Positions 18,308-27,403 are shown, counted from the first letter of the stretch. The stretch is DNA of 64,000 nt from an uncultured virus (IMG/VR IMGVR_UViG_3300042914_003341) (IMGVR_UViG_3300042914_003341), one strand, 5' to 3'. Translations and numbers: made by a program. Notes: a model not told the origin generated them from the letters alone.

Positions 18308-18867
18308 AGCAGCATATCTCCAATCTCGGCCAACGCAAGACCATGGCTGATTTCTGGTGTGTTGTTTTCTTCTAAGAAGTTGGCCATGAAGAAGAGCTGA
18401 GCGGTGCCGGTGACGGCTTGCAACGAGCAACCTACTTCTTTCACCAAATCTGAGAAGGTGTAGTATAGTCGTAATCCAATCCTTCTCTCCTTCATCTCTT
18501 CTGAGACGGGCCAGTCTTTGTTGAACAGGATGTTCGTCCAGGTTTCGCGGCGAAATGTTGCATCCGTCCAGTTCAGTCGCAGCCATAGGAGTTTGAGTGA
18601 CCTATAGCAGACGCCATCATAGTCGTCATCTAAATACCACCAGAGCTTATCTGGCTTGGGGTGGCCTTCACGCAGAGCGTCAGAGATCCAAGCATGGAAC
18701 AATGACTCACTGTAATCCCATTTGCTGTTTGGTTGCTGCACCTCCCCAATATTTTCTAGAGAAACACCATCCTTCCATCCCTCGTCAAAGATCGAAAGAA
18801 CTAGCTTGTTCTTGCGCAGCTCGTTGCCCCAGTCCCATGGCTTGCTTGTTTTTAGTGTGAATTTCAT
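18304..18867 (-). CDS. Trp-rich protein with C-terminal ELAD motif
   Basis: ALAEIGDMLL. Confidence 0.65.
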   Translation of the reverse strand: MKFTLKTSKPWDWGNELRKNKLVLSIFDEGWKDGVSLENIGEVQQPNSKWDYSESLFHAWISDALREGHPKPDKLWWYLDDDYDGVCYRSLKLLWLRLNWTDATFRRETWTNILFNKDWPVSEEMKERRIGLRLYYTFSDLVKEVGCSLQAVTGTAQLFFMANFLEENNTPEISHGLALAEIGDMLL

Positions 18868-19070
18868 TGTGTTGTTTTTGCCAGTATGTCAGCCAAGTCA
18901 GAAAATTCTGCGAGATAGAGCGAATCGTTTTCATGTCTTAAGACACTCCACTCGCCTGGGTTTGGAAATTCATACAGCCGCCATGCTATGACTTTCAAGC
19001 TGCCACCAACTGAGCCCACAGGCATGTCATGGAGTTTCGGATAGATATCGTAGGACTTTGCAAGCATCAA
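18864..19070 (-). CDS. small protein, ELAD-motif family
   Basis: EFSDLADIL. Confidence 0.6.
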   Translation of the reverse strand: MMLAKSYDIYPKLHDMPVGSVGGSLKVIAWRLYEFPNPGEWSVLRHENDSLYLAEFSDLADILAKTTQ

Positions 19071-19273
19071 ATAAACATATCTCTCAGACCTGCAAGCTCA
19101 CTTAAATGTTGTATGCACATGTTGTGACGATAGAGATCCCACATGTCTGGGGTTTTAAACTGGTTGAATCTGAACAAAGTGGCTTTGATCATGTTAACTG
19201 AATCTCTAGAGTAATACAGCTTTGGTGGCAATTCAAAAAATGCTGTGAGTGTTTTCGGCATGCGATCAATCAT
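19067..19273 (-). CDS. small protein, ELAD-motif family
   Basis: ELAGLRDMF; resembles 18864..19070. Confidence 0.55.
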   Translation of the reverse strand: MIDRMPKTLTAFFELPPKLYYSRDSVNMIKATLFRFNQFKTPDMWDLYRHNMCIQHLSELAGLRDMFI

Positions 19274-19518
19274 GATTGGAACACATCAGCAACGTCAACG
19301 AACGTTTGCAGTTTTTCGCCGTCATAAATCAACTTTGAGCATCCATATTCACCAAGATCGTCTACTGGCTGGAGGTAGTAGTGTGGCATTGCCCAGTGTT
19401 CTTCCAGCATGTATACCATGTATCTCATAATGTAAAGCTCATGAAGATTACCGTTTTGTTTTATGAATAGCGATTCAAAAGCATCGCCTGCTTTTGTAGC
19501 AGCTTTTGCAGTTATCAA
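19270..19518 (-). CDS. small protein, ELAD-motif family
   Basis: TFVDVADVF. Confidence 0.55.
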   Translation of the reverse strand: MITAKAATKAGDAFESLFIKQNGNLHELYIMRYMVYMLEEHWAMPHYYLQPVDDLGEYGCSKLIYDGEKLQTFVDVADVFQS

Positions 19519-19733
19519 TATTCTGAATCCTTTGTGTCAATCAGATTCACTGCAACCACGATAGAGAAATAGTCGGACAGTTCAGCGATCAACTCAAGTC
19601 TTTGGTTGTCGAATTCGGCGCCAAACTTTGCTTGACCAATGATGTTATACATGCCATAGTCTATTGCGCCCATTGGATGGTCATAGTCCACCGTACCAAA
19701 AGACTTTGTACAGAACGCGTGTGCAAAACGCAT
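19515..19733 (-). CDS. small protein, ELAD-motif family
   Basis: LIAELSDYF; resembles next ORF (CxxSFGxVD). Confidence 0.6.
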   Translation of the reverse strand: MRFAHAFCTKSFGTVDYDHPMGAIDYGMYNIIGQAKFGAEFDNQRLELIAELSDYFSIVVAVNLIDTKDSEY

Positions 19734-19734
19734 A

Positions 19735-19956
19735 CTAGTTCACCTTTGATGGTAGATCAAGAAACATGTCACAGATTTCTAAGAATTTAAGATGTTCTAG
19801 GTATTGATCTCGCTGACCTGCGTGATTTGGCAAAACCTGTTGTTCGCAAATGAGATAATAAACAGCACCATCAAGGTGCTGTGTCGAAGGATTTAAGTCC
19901 ACTGGACCAAAACTCGTTTTGCAGAGGTCATATGCATAACGTTCAATTGATTTCAT
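19735..19956 (-). CDS. small protein, ELAD-motif family
   Basis: KFLEICDMF; start refined. Confidence 0.6.
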   Translation of the reverse strand: MKSIERYAYDLCKTSFGPVDLNPSTQHLDGAVYYLICEQQVLPNHAGQRDQYLEHLKFLEICDMFLDLPSKVN

Positions 19957-19957
19957 G

Positions 19958-20533
19958 TCACTCTGCACCAGGGAGCCTGTAAATTCGTACGGGGTTATCT
20001 GGGAGGGTTGCGGCAAAATCCTGAACAAGACCCAGATAAACATCCCAGTCGCCTCCAGCGAGCCCACAGCCAATTCTCCATGGGATTGCAACAGTGTCTC
20101 CCTTCCCAAATCCAAGAACCAAACCTTGCTTGATGTTCATGGAAAGGATTCGCAGGCATTCCTTGAAGTATTCAACGCGCCTGCCTTCCGTGTCATCCAG
20201 GCCACCCTTCTTGCTGAACTTCTGCGGCAATCCAGGAAAAACCTGAGAGAGAAGTCCGACAACAACTGGACCTGGATTCATTGGATCAACAGGGCGATGA
20301 TCATAGTCGATGTAGACATGTGCCGGATTGTCAAACCTTCGCACGACTCCACGGCGTGTGTACACGTTGGCATATGGATAGATCTCAAAGATTGCTTTTG
20401 CAATCCCGGCAGCAGGACCAAAAGATGCGCAGTTCAGTTGATGAACCAACATCTTGTTGCCGCCAAGAAAGATATCTCCCTCAACAACTGTTGCTGTGTT
20501 TGTCACGTTTTCGTCATTCTCCTGGTTAGTCAT
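19958..20533 (-). CDS. macrodomain (ADP-ribose hydrolase-like, Poa1p/TARG1 type)
   Basis: VEGDIF, HQLNC, AAGIAKAI, AIPWRIGCGLAGGDW. Confidence 0.88.
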   Translation of the reverse strand: MTNQENDENVTNTATVVEGDIFLGGNKMLVHQLNCASFGPAAGIAKAIFEIYPYANVYTRRGVVRRFDNPAHVYIDYDHRPVDPMNPGPVVVGLLSQVFPGLPQKFSKKGGLDDTEGRRVEYFKECLRILSMNIKQGLVLGFGKGDTVAIPWRIGCGLAGGDWDVYLGLVQDFAATLPDNPVRIYRLPGAE

Positions 20534-20541
20534 AGCTCACG

Positions 20542-20570
20542 AGTGTAGCACCATTTACGACTTGTGTCAA
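20542..20570 (-). promoter_or_regulatory. sigma70-type promoter, leaderless
   Basis: TTGACA-17-TACACT with extended TG; ATG 8 nt downstream. Confidence 0.65.
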
Positions 20571-20574
20571 ATCG

Positions 20575-21066
20575 TCACTGTTCGAACGACAACGCGCGGA
20601 CAACTTCACGACGTTCGAACTCATCCATGACTTCCATTAGTTCAACTGGAGAACATGAGCCATCGCCAGTCCAGTAAACATGTGGCCTCGATCTTTCATC
20701 CTCACGGCTGCTTGGAAAATAAATCAGGTTGTTGTTGCCGTCGAACTTCAGCTCAAAGTTGTCATCGTATGGCAGCTCCCAACGTACAACAAAATAGCTG
20801 TCATCCAGGAAAACATTCACAAGAAAACTATACAAACTGCTGTGAAAGTTAGCCTTGTCTGCAACATTGAATGCGGTGTTGAACATTGTGTACAGATGCA
20901 TCTCGGGCCACGTCAAGAGCCGAACTGCTAGCGCGCCTAGATCTGTCCCATCATGTTTCTCTAGAAAAGAAAGCATTGCATCGCGAGACTCCTTGAGCTC
21001 CTGTGCGGCTTCGTCATGGTGGCGGCACGTTGCGGCGATAGCATCAGAGAATGTGGGCGTTGTCAT
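20575..21066 (-). CDS. hypothetical protein
   Basis: 163-aa ORF directly after a promoter. Confidence 0.65.
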   Translation of the reverse strand: MTTPTFSDAIAATCRHHDEAAQELKESRDAMLSFLEKHDGTDLGALAVRLLTWPEMHLYTMFNTAFNVADKANFHSSLYSFLVNVFLDDSYFVVRWELPYDDNFELKFDGNNNLIYFPSSREDERSRPHVYWTGDGSCSPVELMEVMDEFERREVVRALSFEQ

Positions 21067-21072
21067 GCAGTC

Positions 21073-21101
21073 ATCTTATCACACGATGAATGCGGCGTCA
21101 A
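21073..21101 (-). promoter_or_regulatory. sigma70-type promoter, leaderless
   Basis: TTGACG-17-TAAGAT with extended TG; ATG 6 nt downstream. Confidence 0.65.
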
Positions 21102-21328
21102 GTAACAGCAGAGCAACAAGCAAACATGTCAGCCAATTCAAAGAAGCTGTTGTTTCTTTCGAAGAAACGGAGATCAAAATGCCTACACAATACATCTATC
21201 ACATGTGTTGTTGAATAAATGTTCGCACTCAAAACGCGCGGCGGGTGGTAGATGTCATAGTTGATTTTGTAGCTCAACCACGGCATTCTTTTGGTATTAT
21301 ATGGATTAATGATACCGGCATAGTTCAT
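21098..21328 (-). CDS. small protein, ELAD-motif family
   Basis: SFFELADMF. Confidence 0.65.
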   Translation of the reverse strand: MNYAGIINPYNTKRMPWLSYKINYDIYHPPRVLSANIYSTTHVIDVLCRHFDLRFFERNNSFFELADMFACCSAVT

Positions 21329-21570
21329 AGAAATACATCTGCCAGTTCCAAAAACTCAAAGATGGTACAACGAACATCGTTCCGTTGAAAATACTTTCCA
21401 ATACTCTCTGCCAGAATTGCCGGTTCACCATCTTTAATAGAACTAAAAGTTCTGTTAGGATGATATATGATAAAATAAATTTCTGTATCATGAGCTGCAA
21501 TCCAGGCTGCTCTTTCTCCGCTGCCGAATATATCTCTCCAAAGAATGTAGGTGTATTTACGCTGATTCAT
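21325..21570 (-). CDS. small protein, ELAD-motif family
   Basis: EFLELADVF. Confidence 0.65.
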   Translation of the reverse strand: MNQRKYTYILWRDIFGSGERAAWIAAHDTEIYFIIYHPNRTFSSIKDGEPAILAESIGKYFQRNDVRCTIFEFLELADVFL

Positions 21571-21814
21571 AGGAATGTGTTATCAGCTCATCAGCGATCA
21601 TACAGATCAAGTCAGTCTCTGTCCAGTAATTGTAGTTGGCATAGCCATTCCGATAACAGCCCGAGAGAACGTCTTCTCTAGCAGCATCGGAAAGAACCTG
21701 TGTGATGTTTAGTCTGAACTCGTCTAGAGATGAGCAGCCATCATTTTCGAAAATCACACTATCAATCTGATATATGGTACCGTCAACTCGACTCCTGCTG
21801 TTGTAATTCAACAT
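21557..21814 (-). CDS. small protein, ELAD-motif family
   Basis: ICMIADEL. Confidence 0.55.
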   Translation of the reverse strand: MLNYNSRSRVDGTIYQIDSVIFENDGCSSLDEFRLNITQVLSDAAREDVLSGCYRNGYANYNYWTETDLICMIADELITHSYESA

Positions 21815-22041
21815 AGGTCACTTCCAGGAGTTTGCGGCAAAACCATGTCTGCCAGTTCAATCATGAACTCATATCGTTCAATGAAACCATCGAACCGGTA
21901 ACTGGACGAAATGAGTACCGTTTTTGGCTCAAGATGGCCGGTTGCCCTGAATGAATCATCAATTCGATACCGCAAATAATCCAGAAAATATGTGTTGAGT
22001 TGCTTTGCTATGTTTTTACGGATTCTGAGTTCTACTGTCAT
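21808..22041 (-). CDS. small protein, ELAD-motif family
   Basis: FMIELADMV. Confidence 0.65.
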   Translation of the reverse strand: MTVELRIRKNIAKQLNTYFLDYLRYRIDDSFRATGHLEPKTVLISSSYRFDGFIERYEFMIELADMVLPQTPGSDLC

Positions 22042-22274
22042 GGCTGGGTTAGCGCATCCATGATACCAACAAGCATCTCTTCTTGCTCATCCATGCAATA
22101 GTCGCCATCGATGATGCCCTTGACTTCTAATATATGGTGCTGGAACATTTCTAATGTTACCCTATACAAAAACTCAGAACTGCCGATTGGGATTGCATCG
22201 TACAAGGAGGTTATGAAGTGCTTGCGCACCAGATTGTAAGGATCTTTTTTTGGTTCGTCATCATCACCGTTCAT
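22038..22274 (-). CDS. small protein, ELAD-motif family (degenerate)
   Basis: LVGIMDAL; start refined. Confidence 0.55.
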   Translation of the reverse strand: MNGDDDEPKKDPYNLVRKHFITSLYDAIPIGSSEFLYRVTLEMFQHHILEVKGIIDGDYCMDEQEEMLVGIMDALTQP

Positions 22275-22494
22275 CGAACATATCTCCCAGCTCAACAAAC
22301 AATCCAAAGTGCGCATTGAAGTGCCGCACGGCATTTTTATTACTCAACACCGTGTGAGTCCATCCAGTGTAATAATCTGTTATGTGACGAAGCATAGAAT
22401 CAAGGCAACGGTGGTGATGGTAGTCCGTCTCTTCGAACAGCACCACAATTCCGCGGCGAATTCTGTAGCCGACACCGTAATAATCGAGTTTCAT
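22264..22494 (-). CDS. small protein, ELAD-motif family
   Basis: LFVELGDMF; ATGA start. Confidence 0.6.
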   Translation of the reverse strand: MKLDYYGVGYRIRRGIVVLFEETDYHHHRCLDSMLRHITDYYTGWTHTVLSNKNAVRHFNAHFGLFVELGDMFDER

Positions 22495-22718
22495 TTTTGC
22501 AACATGTCCATCAGATCGATGATCCACCAACTATCACCCAGTTGACTATGTTTACCCGCAATCCACTCTGCGTTTGGTTTGCTGAGTGACAAACACAGCC
22601 CACTATACATTCCATTCTCAAATTCAGAAATACCAAGTGCATAGTTGAATTGACTGTCAATCTCACCAATTCTTTGCTGTGAGCTAACAACCACAGCTAG
22701 GGCGAGATAATCATCCAT
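22491..22718 (-). CDS. small protein, ELAD-motif family
   Basis: IIDLMDML; start uncertain. Confidence 0.5.
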   Translation of the reverse strand: MDDYLALAVVVSSQQRIGEIDSQFNYALGISEFENGMYSGLCLSLSKPNAEWIAGKHSQLGDSWWIIDLMDMLQK

Positions 22719-23266
22719 ACTGACTTTGACTCTGGGGCAATCGTCACAGGGTGTTTGAGTTTGTTGTTGCACTTGATCTGCTCAAGCATCCTTTGCAGGA
22801 GGTCAGCACCGCGCTGCATCCCAAGATACACCTCGCGACCTTTGAACTTGCAAACAACCTTGACCTCATGGCCTTCCTCTACGAACTCCTTGACCTTTGA
22901 TGCCTTGACGTTGAGGTCGTTGTCGTCAATGTTCGGCCTGACAATGATCTCTTTTTGTTCCAGAGGCTTCGAACGGCCCTTCTGTGCCTTCTTCTGGTCG
23001 AACAGGAACTTGCCATAGTCAATGATCTTGCAAAGGCTGCGAGGACGTGTCTGACTCGCTGAGTTGATCTCAACCAGATCCAAACCTGCTTCATTCGCCA
23101 TTCCCAGCGCAACTTGCTTCGAGATGTTCTGGTGGTGGTTTCCATCTTGGTCGACAACATCAAGGTATTGCTCCTGGATGTAACCATTGGTTCGATGACT
23201 GCGACCACCAGTGGAAGCCGATGGACGAACTGGAAGGCGAGAACCGTTTGCTGTTTTGTTTCCCAT
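22697..23266 (-). CDS. infC: translation initiation factor IF-3
   Basis: AGLDLVEI, CKIIDYGKFLFDQKK, KEIIVRPNIDDNDL, KVVCKFKGRE. Confidence 0.93.
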   Translation of the reverse strand: MGNKTANGSRLPVRPSASTGGRSHRTNGYIQEQYLDVVDQDGNHHQNISKQVALGMANEAGLDLVEINSASQTRPRSLCKIIDYGKFLFDQKKAQKGRSKPLEQKEIIVRPNIDDNDLNVKASKVKEFVEEGHEVKVVCKFKGREVYLGMQRGADLLQRMLEQIKCNNKLKHPVTIAPESKSVWMIISP

Positions 23267-23318
23267 ATGTGGTGTTTTTTACTTACTCGTTCCTAAAGGT
23301 TTGTGTGCGTGACGATTG

Positions 23319-23347
23319 ATAGTATCAGGTGCTTGAATGGCTGTCAA
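23319..23347 (-). promoter_or_regulatory. sigma70-type promoter for IF-3
   Basis: TTGACA-17-TACTAT with extended TG. Confidence 0.7.
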
Positions 23348-23353
23348 GGGTTG

Positions 23354-24436
23354 CTAGCAGGACACGAGAGTTTTTGCCGCGGAAATGGTGCTCAGAGGTA
23401 CTTTGAACGTTGGGCGTTTGAAAGATTCAGATTTGTCAGAGAAATATACCGGTTCTGAGGCAGAACCCAGCTCATCCTTCTCCCAGGTGACTTCAATCAC
23501 TGGTCCTTTGACCTCAGTTGCTATCCGACGTTGCTCATCGACGTTTGCTGACCATTGCACCGGTTTTGGCATGAAGACATCGCCATTCCTGTTTGGTGTG
23601 AGTTTGTTGAAGACCAGGGCAAGATGATCCTTGACCATGGTCGTCTGGAGTTCATTCAGCGCTGTTGGGTTTGCCATCTCAAAGAAACCTTGGAGCCAGT
23701 ACACGAACTGATCTGGTGTGATTGGCTGAGGTCTATTCTCTGGATGTTTTGCCGCCATTCTGTATGGATGATCAGCTCCCTTTGTCTTGCTGACCGCATT
23801 GGATTGATCAAACAAGTTCACGAACTTATGATCTGGGAACTTGTGCAGGATCTTGTCGACGTACTTGCCACGCTTGTAGTCGAATCCTGTCTTTGTCACA
23901 GTTTTATCAGCCATGTCCTTCAAGGCTCCAGGCTCCCCGGTGATCTTCTTTGTCACATGATTCCATGTGAACTTGGAGATCTCAACTGGAAATGACCCCA
24001 GGAGCTTTGACAGATCTGAGAACTCTGTCACAATCACTTGATATTTGATCCGATGAGCACCACTCAAGACAGATGATCGCCAGTCGATATGGCCGTCATA
24101 AACCCATTTGATCCCCGGGTTGCGATAGCCATAATCATCCGAATCGTCTGAGTATCGATCGCCCCGAGTTGCCTCTTTGACGTCAAAACCGGCTTCTCTG
24201 AGGGTGAACTCTAGTTGTGTCTTTGTGATCGTCGTGCCAATCAAGAAGATGTCAATGTCTGACGCTGGCTGCTGACGATACCATTCACGTGGAGCACCTC
24301 CAGCAACAACAGCTTCACGTGTCCATGGCAAATGACTGAGTGTTGACATCAGGTGATCTGTCGCAGCTTTCTGCGCCTTGATCAACTCTGCTGAGTCTTT
24401 TTGTTTGTGATAGTTTTTTAGTTCTGCTTTGTTCAC
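23354..24436 (-). CDS. Pol-beta-superfamily nucleotidyltransferase (CCA/poly(A)-like head) with extra C-terminal domain
   Basis: VAGGAPR...SDIDIF; GTG start overlapping upstream TGA; C-terminal TPDQFVYWLQGFFE segment. Confidence 0.75.
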   Translation of the reverse strand: MNKAELKNYHKQKDSAELIKAQKAATDHLMSTLSHLPWTREAVVAGGAPREWYRQQPASDIDIFLIGTTITKTQLEFTLREAGFDVKEATRGDRYSDDSDDYGYRNPGIKWVYDGHIDWRSSVLSGAHRIKYQVIVTEFSDLSKLLGSFPVEISKFTWNHVTKKITGEPGALKDMADKTVTKTGFDYKRGKYVDKILHKFPDHKFVNLFDQSNAVSKTKGADHPYRMAAKHPENRPQPITPDQFVYWLQGFFEMANPTALNELQTTMVKDHLALVFNKLTPNRNGDVFMPKPVQWSANVDEQRRIATEVKGPVIEVTWEKDELGSASEPVYFSDKSESFKRPTFKVPLSTISAAKTLVSC

Positions 24437-24867
24437 GTGCTTGTTGTTCCTTTTTCTTCTTCCTTCATCCTCTTCGCATCGAACTTGTCTTGATCTGCTT
24501 TGATAATAGCTTTGAACTCTTGCATCTGCTCCAGCAGGTTCCTGCCGCGAGCAACCAACATCCCTGCAAGATTTTTGTCGAGGAGCCATGGCTGGTGATA
24601 TTTCCAGGCAAAAGCGCTGTCAAACCCACAATCATGGCACCATAGCCTCTGGTGCCGACTGTACAATCCAGTGGTTTCTACCGGCTCAAAGTAATCATCA
24701 CCTCTGCGCATGTCCTTGTGACCACAGCGAGCCATGGCAAGCAACGCAGCGGCAATGGCCTCATACTGTGAATATGAAGAGTATCCATGACGTGCTAAAT
24801 CTACAGCATATCGATAAGCTTCTGTTTCCTTGTCAGCCTTCTTGCCGTCAGTGTTGTAGTCGCTCAT
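24433..24867 (-). CDS. hypothetical protein, possible Zn ribbon
   Basis: CGH...CHDCG. Confidence 0.6.
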   Translation of the reverse strand: MSDYNTDGKKADKETEAYRYAVDLARHGYSSYSQYEAIAAALLAMARCGHKDMRRGDDYFEPVETTGLYSRHQRLWCHDCGFDSAFAWKYHQPWLLDKNLAGMLVARGRNLLEQMQEFKAIIKADQDKFDAKRMKEEEKGTTST

Positions 24868-24872
24868 TGTCT

Positions 24873-25148
24873 TTATTCCGCCTTTGTTGTTGATTCAGGC
24901 TCAACCCAGCTACCGGTCTGGGACCATCCACACTTGATGCAATACCAGTAGGTCGTATAATCTGTTCTGTGCCCGTCATAGTCTTCCTCAGTGATTGTGT
25001 CAAGATCATCATGAGTGCACTCTAATGCCTTCCTGTGAATTTCTAGAGTGGTATTTAATTCACTGATCTGATCTTCGTAGTATTGGATCTGATCAAGTAA
25101 TTTCTCAGTGACGTCAGAAGATTTTGGCTTTGGCTCTATGTGATGCAT
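24873..25148 (-). CDS. hypothetical protein, coiled coil plus Zn ribbon
   Basis: CTH...CIKCG. Confidence 0.65.
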   Translation of the reverse strand: MHHIEPKPKSSDVTEKLLDQIQYYEDQISELNTTLEIHRKALECTHDDLDTITEEDYDGHRTDYTTYWYCIKCGWSQTGSWVEPESTTKAE

Positions 25149-25432
25149 GTGTAGGACTTTATCACATCGACTGGGTTGGTGTCAAGGCCACAGACTGTGT
25201 CGGCCAGACAAACAAACAATTCATATTTATTGAGTGCAACTACCTCGAACAAATAACCGAAATTGCTATCAAGGTCGGACATAGAATCGCTACCCGCAAC
25301 CATTAATATCAATCGCATGAACCGATGAGCAGGGGAATGTTCTGGGGAACGTTTTGGATAGTCGTCGGACGAGTACAGTCCACACTCTTCCTTGATTCGA
25401 TTGAAAATCTCTCTGATCCGGTAGTCATTCAT
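25136..25432 (-). CDS. small protein, ELAD-motif family
   Basis: LFVCLADTV. Confidence 0.6.
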   Translation of the reverse strand: MNDYRIREIFNRIKEECGLYSSDDYPKRSPEHSPAHRFMRLILMVAGSDSMSDLDSNFGYLFEVVALNKYELFVCLADTVCGLDTNPVDVIKSYTCIT

Positions 25433-25703
25433 TGGATGTTGTTTCTTTTGCGAACAGATCGGCTAGATCAAAGGTCATGCCAATGCGTGGGTTGGCTTTT
25501 GTTAGACCACTCAGAGTCTGCGCGCGATATGTTCTATCAATCTGAGAAAGCCAGTGACCAATGCCCCACGGCACTAAGATTTCTTCTTGCCCACATGTCG
25601 CGCGCAGAGCATGGATTTCTTCCGTTTTTTCTCCAACGCTATCGAATCTTGCGTGTATACTGTCCAAATGCAATCTTTTTGCTACTAAAGACATTTCATT
25701 CAT
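25425..25703 (-). CDS. small protein, ELAD-motif family
   Basis: MTFDLADLF. Confidence 0.65.
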   Translation of the reverse strand: MNEMSLVAKRLHLDSIHARFDSVGEKTEEIHALRATCGQEEILVPWGIGHWLSQIDRTYRAQTLSGLTKANPRIGMTFDLADLFAKETTSNE

Positions 25704-25939
25704 TGGATACTGCCCGTCACAAACATGTCTGCCAGATCAAATGTAAGTCCTACGACGCCACTCGTCAAACCAAGCAGTCTTTGTTTTTGAACCGCATCAT
25801 CGATATGATACATCCAAAAAGCAAATCCCCAGGCATCGTCAATGCCGCGACCATCTGGGCCGCGAAGACGCGCATCGGAGATCAATCTTAGTTTTTCTGT
25901 AACTGATATGCAACACTTCTGATGGCGTTTGTCATTCAT
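25700..25939 (-). CDS. small protein, ELAD-motif family
   Basis: LTFDLADMF. Confidence 0.65.
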   Translation of the reverse strand: MNDKRHQKCCISVTEKLRLISDARLRGPDGRGIDDAWGFAFWMYHIDDAVQKQRLLGLTSGVVGLTFDLADMFVTGSIQ

Positions 25940-26226
25940 TGGACACTTCCCGCTGCAAACAGATCGCAGAGCTCAATGAAAAACCGGTTCATATGCAGTA
26001 GATTCATGTCTTCCGCCGTGATCACTTTCCAAAAATTATGATCAACGAACTGATTGATTGGTAGATTAAACTTTCTATCTGTTTGCTGGTAGATATAGTC
26101 AGCCACCATGAACATTCTTGACTCGACACGGACGCCATCCTTGCTGGAATAATACTTCCATGGGAGCCTGACTGTCTTTGACGTCAGGAGTTGTCGTTTC
26201 ATCAGGTCTGCTTTGGTTATTGGCAT
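25936..26226 (-). CDS. small protein, ELAD-motif family
   Basis: FFIELCDLF. Confidence 0.65.
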   Translation of the reverse strand: MPITKADLMKRQLLTSKTVRLPWKYYSSKDGVRVESRMFMVADYIYQQTDRKFNLPINQFVDHNFWKVITAEDMNLLHMNRFFIELCDLFAAGSVQ

Positions 26227-26462
26227 TCTAATCTTTCATGCGCGTTGACTATGAAGAAGTCGCAGAGGTCAACAAACTTGAACTCTCTTTCCTCCAGGCG
26301 TTCTTTTGTGAAGGATGAGCCGCCATGGCCACTAAGAGCTCTGGCAAACCAACAGCCAAAGATGTTTGGCGCAAACAATCCCAGTTCCGAGGCTTTCATG
26401 AAGCCAGGAACACCTTGGATGGCACGTATCTTTTCTGTTCTGATCATAGAGTTCACTGACAT
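26217..26462 (-). CDS. small protein, ELAD-motif family
   Basis: KFVDLCDFF. Confidence 0.6.
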   Translation of the reverse strand: MSVNSMIRTEKIRAIQGVPGFMKASELGLFAPNIFGCWFARALSGHGGSSFTKERLEEREFKFVDLCDFFIVNAHERLECQ

Positions 26463-26686
26463 ACTGGTTGAAGCATGTCCCCGATGTCGGCAAGCTCACC
26501 GAGTGTATCATGGCCGCGATAATTCATGAATTCGTTGCCGTTCCGATGCGCGTAGGATGGATTGAAAAATGCAGCACACCTGATCGTGGTAAACATCGCG
26601 AACAGAAAGCGGCACGATAGATTGCGTGCTACGCGCTCAGCAGTGAGTTTGGTGTCTATTTGGCGACAGAAGCCGATTGTCAACAT
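26453..26686 (-). CDS. small protein, ELAD-motif family
   Basis: ELADIGDML; AGGAG upstream. Confidence 0.6.
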   Translation of the reverse strand: MLTIGFCRQIDTKLTAERVARNLSCRFLFAMFTTIRCAAFFNPSYAHRNGNEFMNYRGHDTLGELADIGDMLQPVCQ

Positions 26687-26714
26687 GCTGCTCCTTGTTG
26701 TGTGAATAAACTAT

Positions 26715-26788
26715 TGGATCACAGTGAGGGAGTTGAACCCCCATTCAACGAGTCAAAGTCGTTTGTCCTACCATTGGACGAACTGTGA
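26715..26788 (-). tRNA. tRNA-Gln(TTG)
   Basis: Cloverleaf, loop CTTTGAC, CCA encoded. Confidence 0.9.
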
Positions 26789-26798
26789 ATGGTAACGG

Positions 26799-26875
26799 TG
26801 GTGGGTCTGCTGAGATTTGAACTCAGATTTCACAGATTAAGAGTCTGGTGTAATAAACCGTTATACTACAAACCC
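26799..26875 (-). tRNA. tRNA-Lys(CTT)
   Basis: Loop CTCTTAA, CCA encoded. Confidence 0.9.
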
Positions 26876-26901
26876 AAATATGAACGAAACGAACGAAACA
26901 G

Positions 26902-26973
26902 TAGCCCCAGAAGGAATCGGACCTCCGACCTCCAAGGCGTAAGCTTGGGGTTCTGCCATTGAACTATAGGGCC
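26902..26973 (-). tRNA. tRNA-Val(TAC)
   Basis: Loop CTTACGC; T-loop TCCGATT; no CCA. Confidence 0.8.
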
Positions 26974-26992
26974 AGATGAAGAAAAAAAGGAG

Positions 26993-27189
26993 AGCGGGTC
27001 CAAGGAATTGAACCTTGATAGTCCATCGATGGAGGCAAGAGATTTTGGCCGCGAAACATGATCAGTGCTCGGAACAAAAACTCTTGTAATCAACCATCTA
27101 GCTGAATGCAGATCATTGATCAGATGACCTACACCGGCAGACCCTGCCAGATTGGACTCTGGCGGCATTAGCCAAAATGCGTGACCCGC
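26993..27189 (-). ncRNA. giant tRNA-like RNA (Gly-type acceptor, about 125-nt variable region)
   Basis: GCGGGTC/GACCCGC-T, D arm, GCCAG-AGTCCAAT-CTGGC arm, T arm CAAGG-TTCAATT-CCTTG. Confidence 0.75.
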
Positions 27190-27211
27190 GTGAAAAGAAA
27201 AACAAAGGTAG

Positions 27212-27327
27212 CTGGGACGATCGGAGTCGAACCGATAGAGGGGCCTCGCGGATACCCTGTCAGGTTTCGCCGCAAAACTATTCTTGCAGCTACCGACTGA
27301 CTTCTCTGTCCATTTGAATACATCCCA
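27212..27327 (-). ncRNA. tRNA-like RNA with about 33-nt anticodon loop and long variable arm
   Basis: TGGGATG/CGTCCCA, GTCAG/CTGAC stem, T arm ATCGG-TTCGACT-CCGAT. Confidence 0.7.
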
Positions 27328-27332
27328 GATAG

Positions 27333-27403
27333 AGCGTGTGACGAGACTCGAACTCGTAATCCGAGCTTGGAAGGCAGGGCTTTTACCATTAAATTACACA
27401 CGC
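27333..27403 (-). tRNA. tRNA-Gly(TCC)
   Basis: Loop CTTCCAA, U73; two anticodon-stem mismatches. Confidence 0.8.

Noticed and set aside
45..26686. Stop-codon reassignment as the cause of the many short ORFs
   Set aside because: Adjacent ORFs overlap by ATGA in shifted frames, so read-through would not join them. Conserved genes are full length and end at TGA, TAG or TAA. No suppressor tRNA was seen.
26993..27189. tmRNA or group I intron-containing tRNA
   Set aside because: No Ala G3:U70 acceptor, anticodon-like arm retained, insert lies in the variable region, and it is too short with no recognisable group I core.
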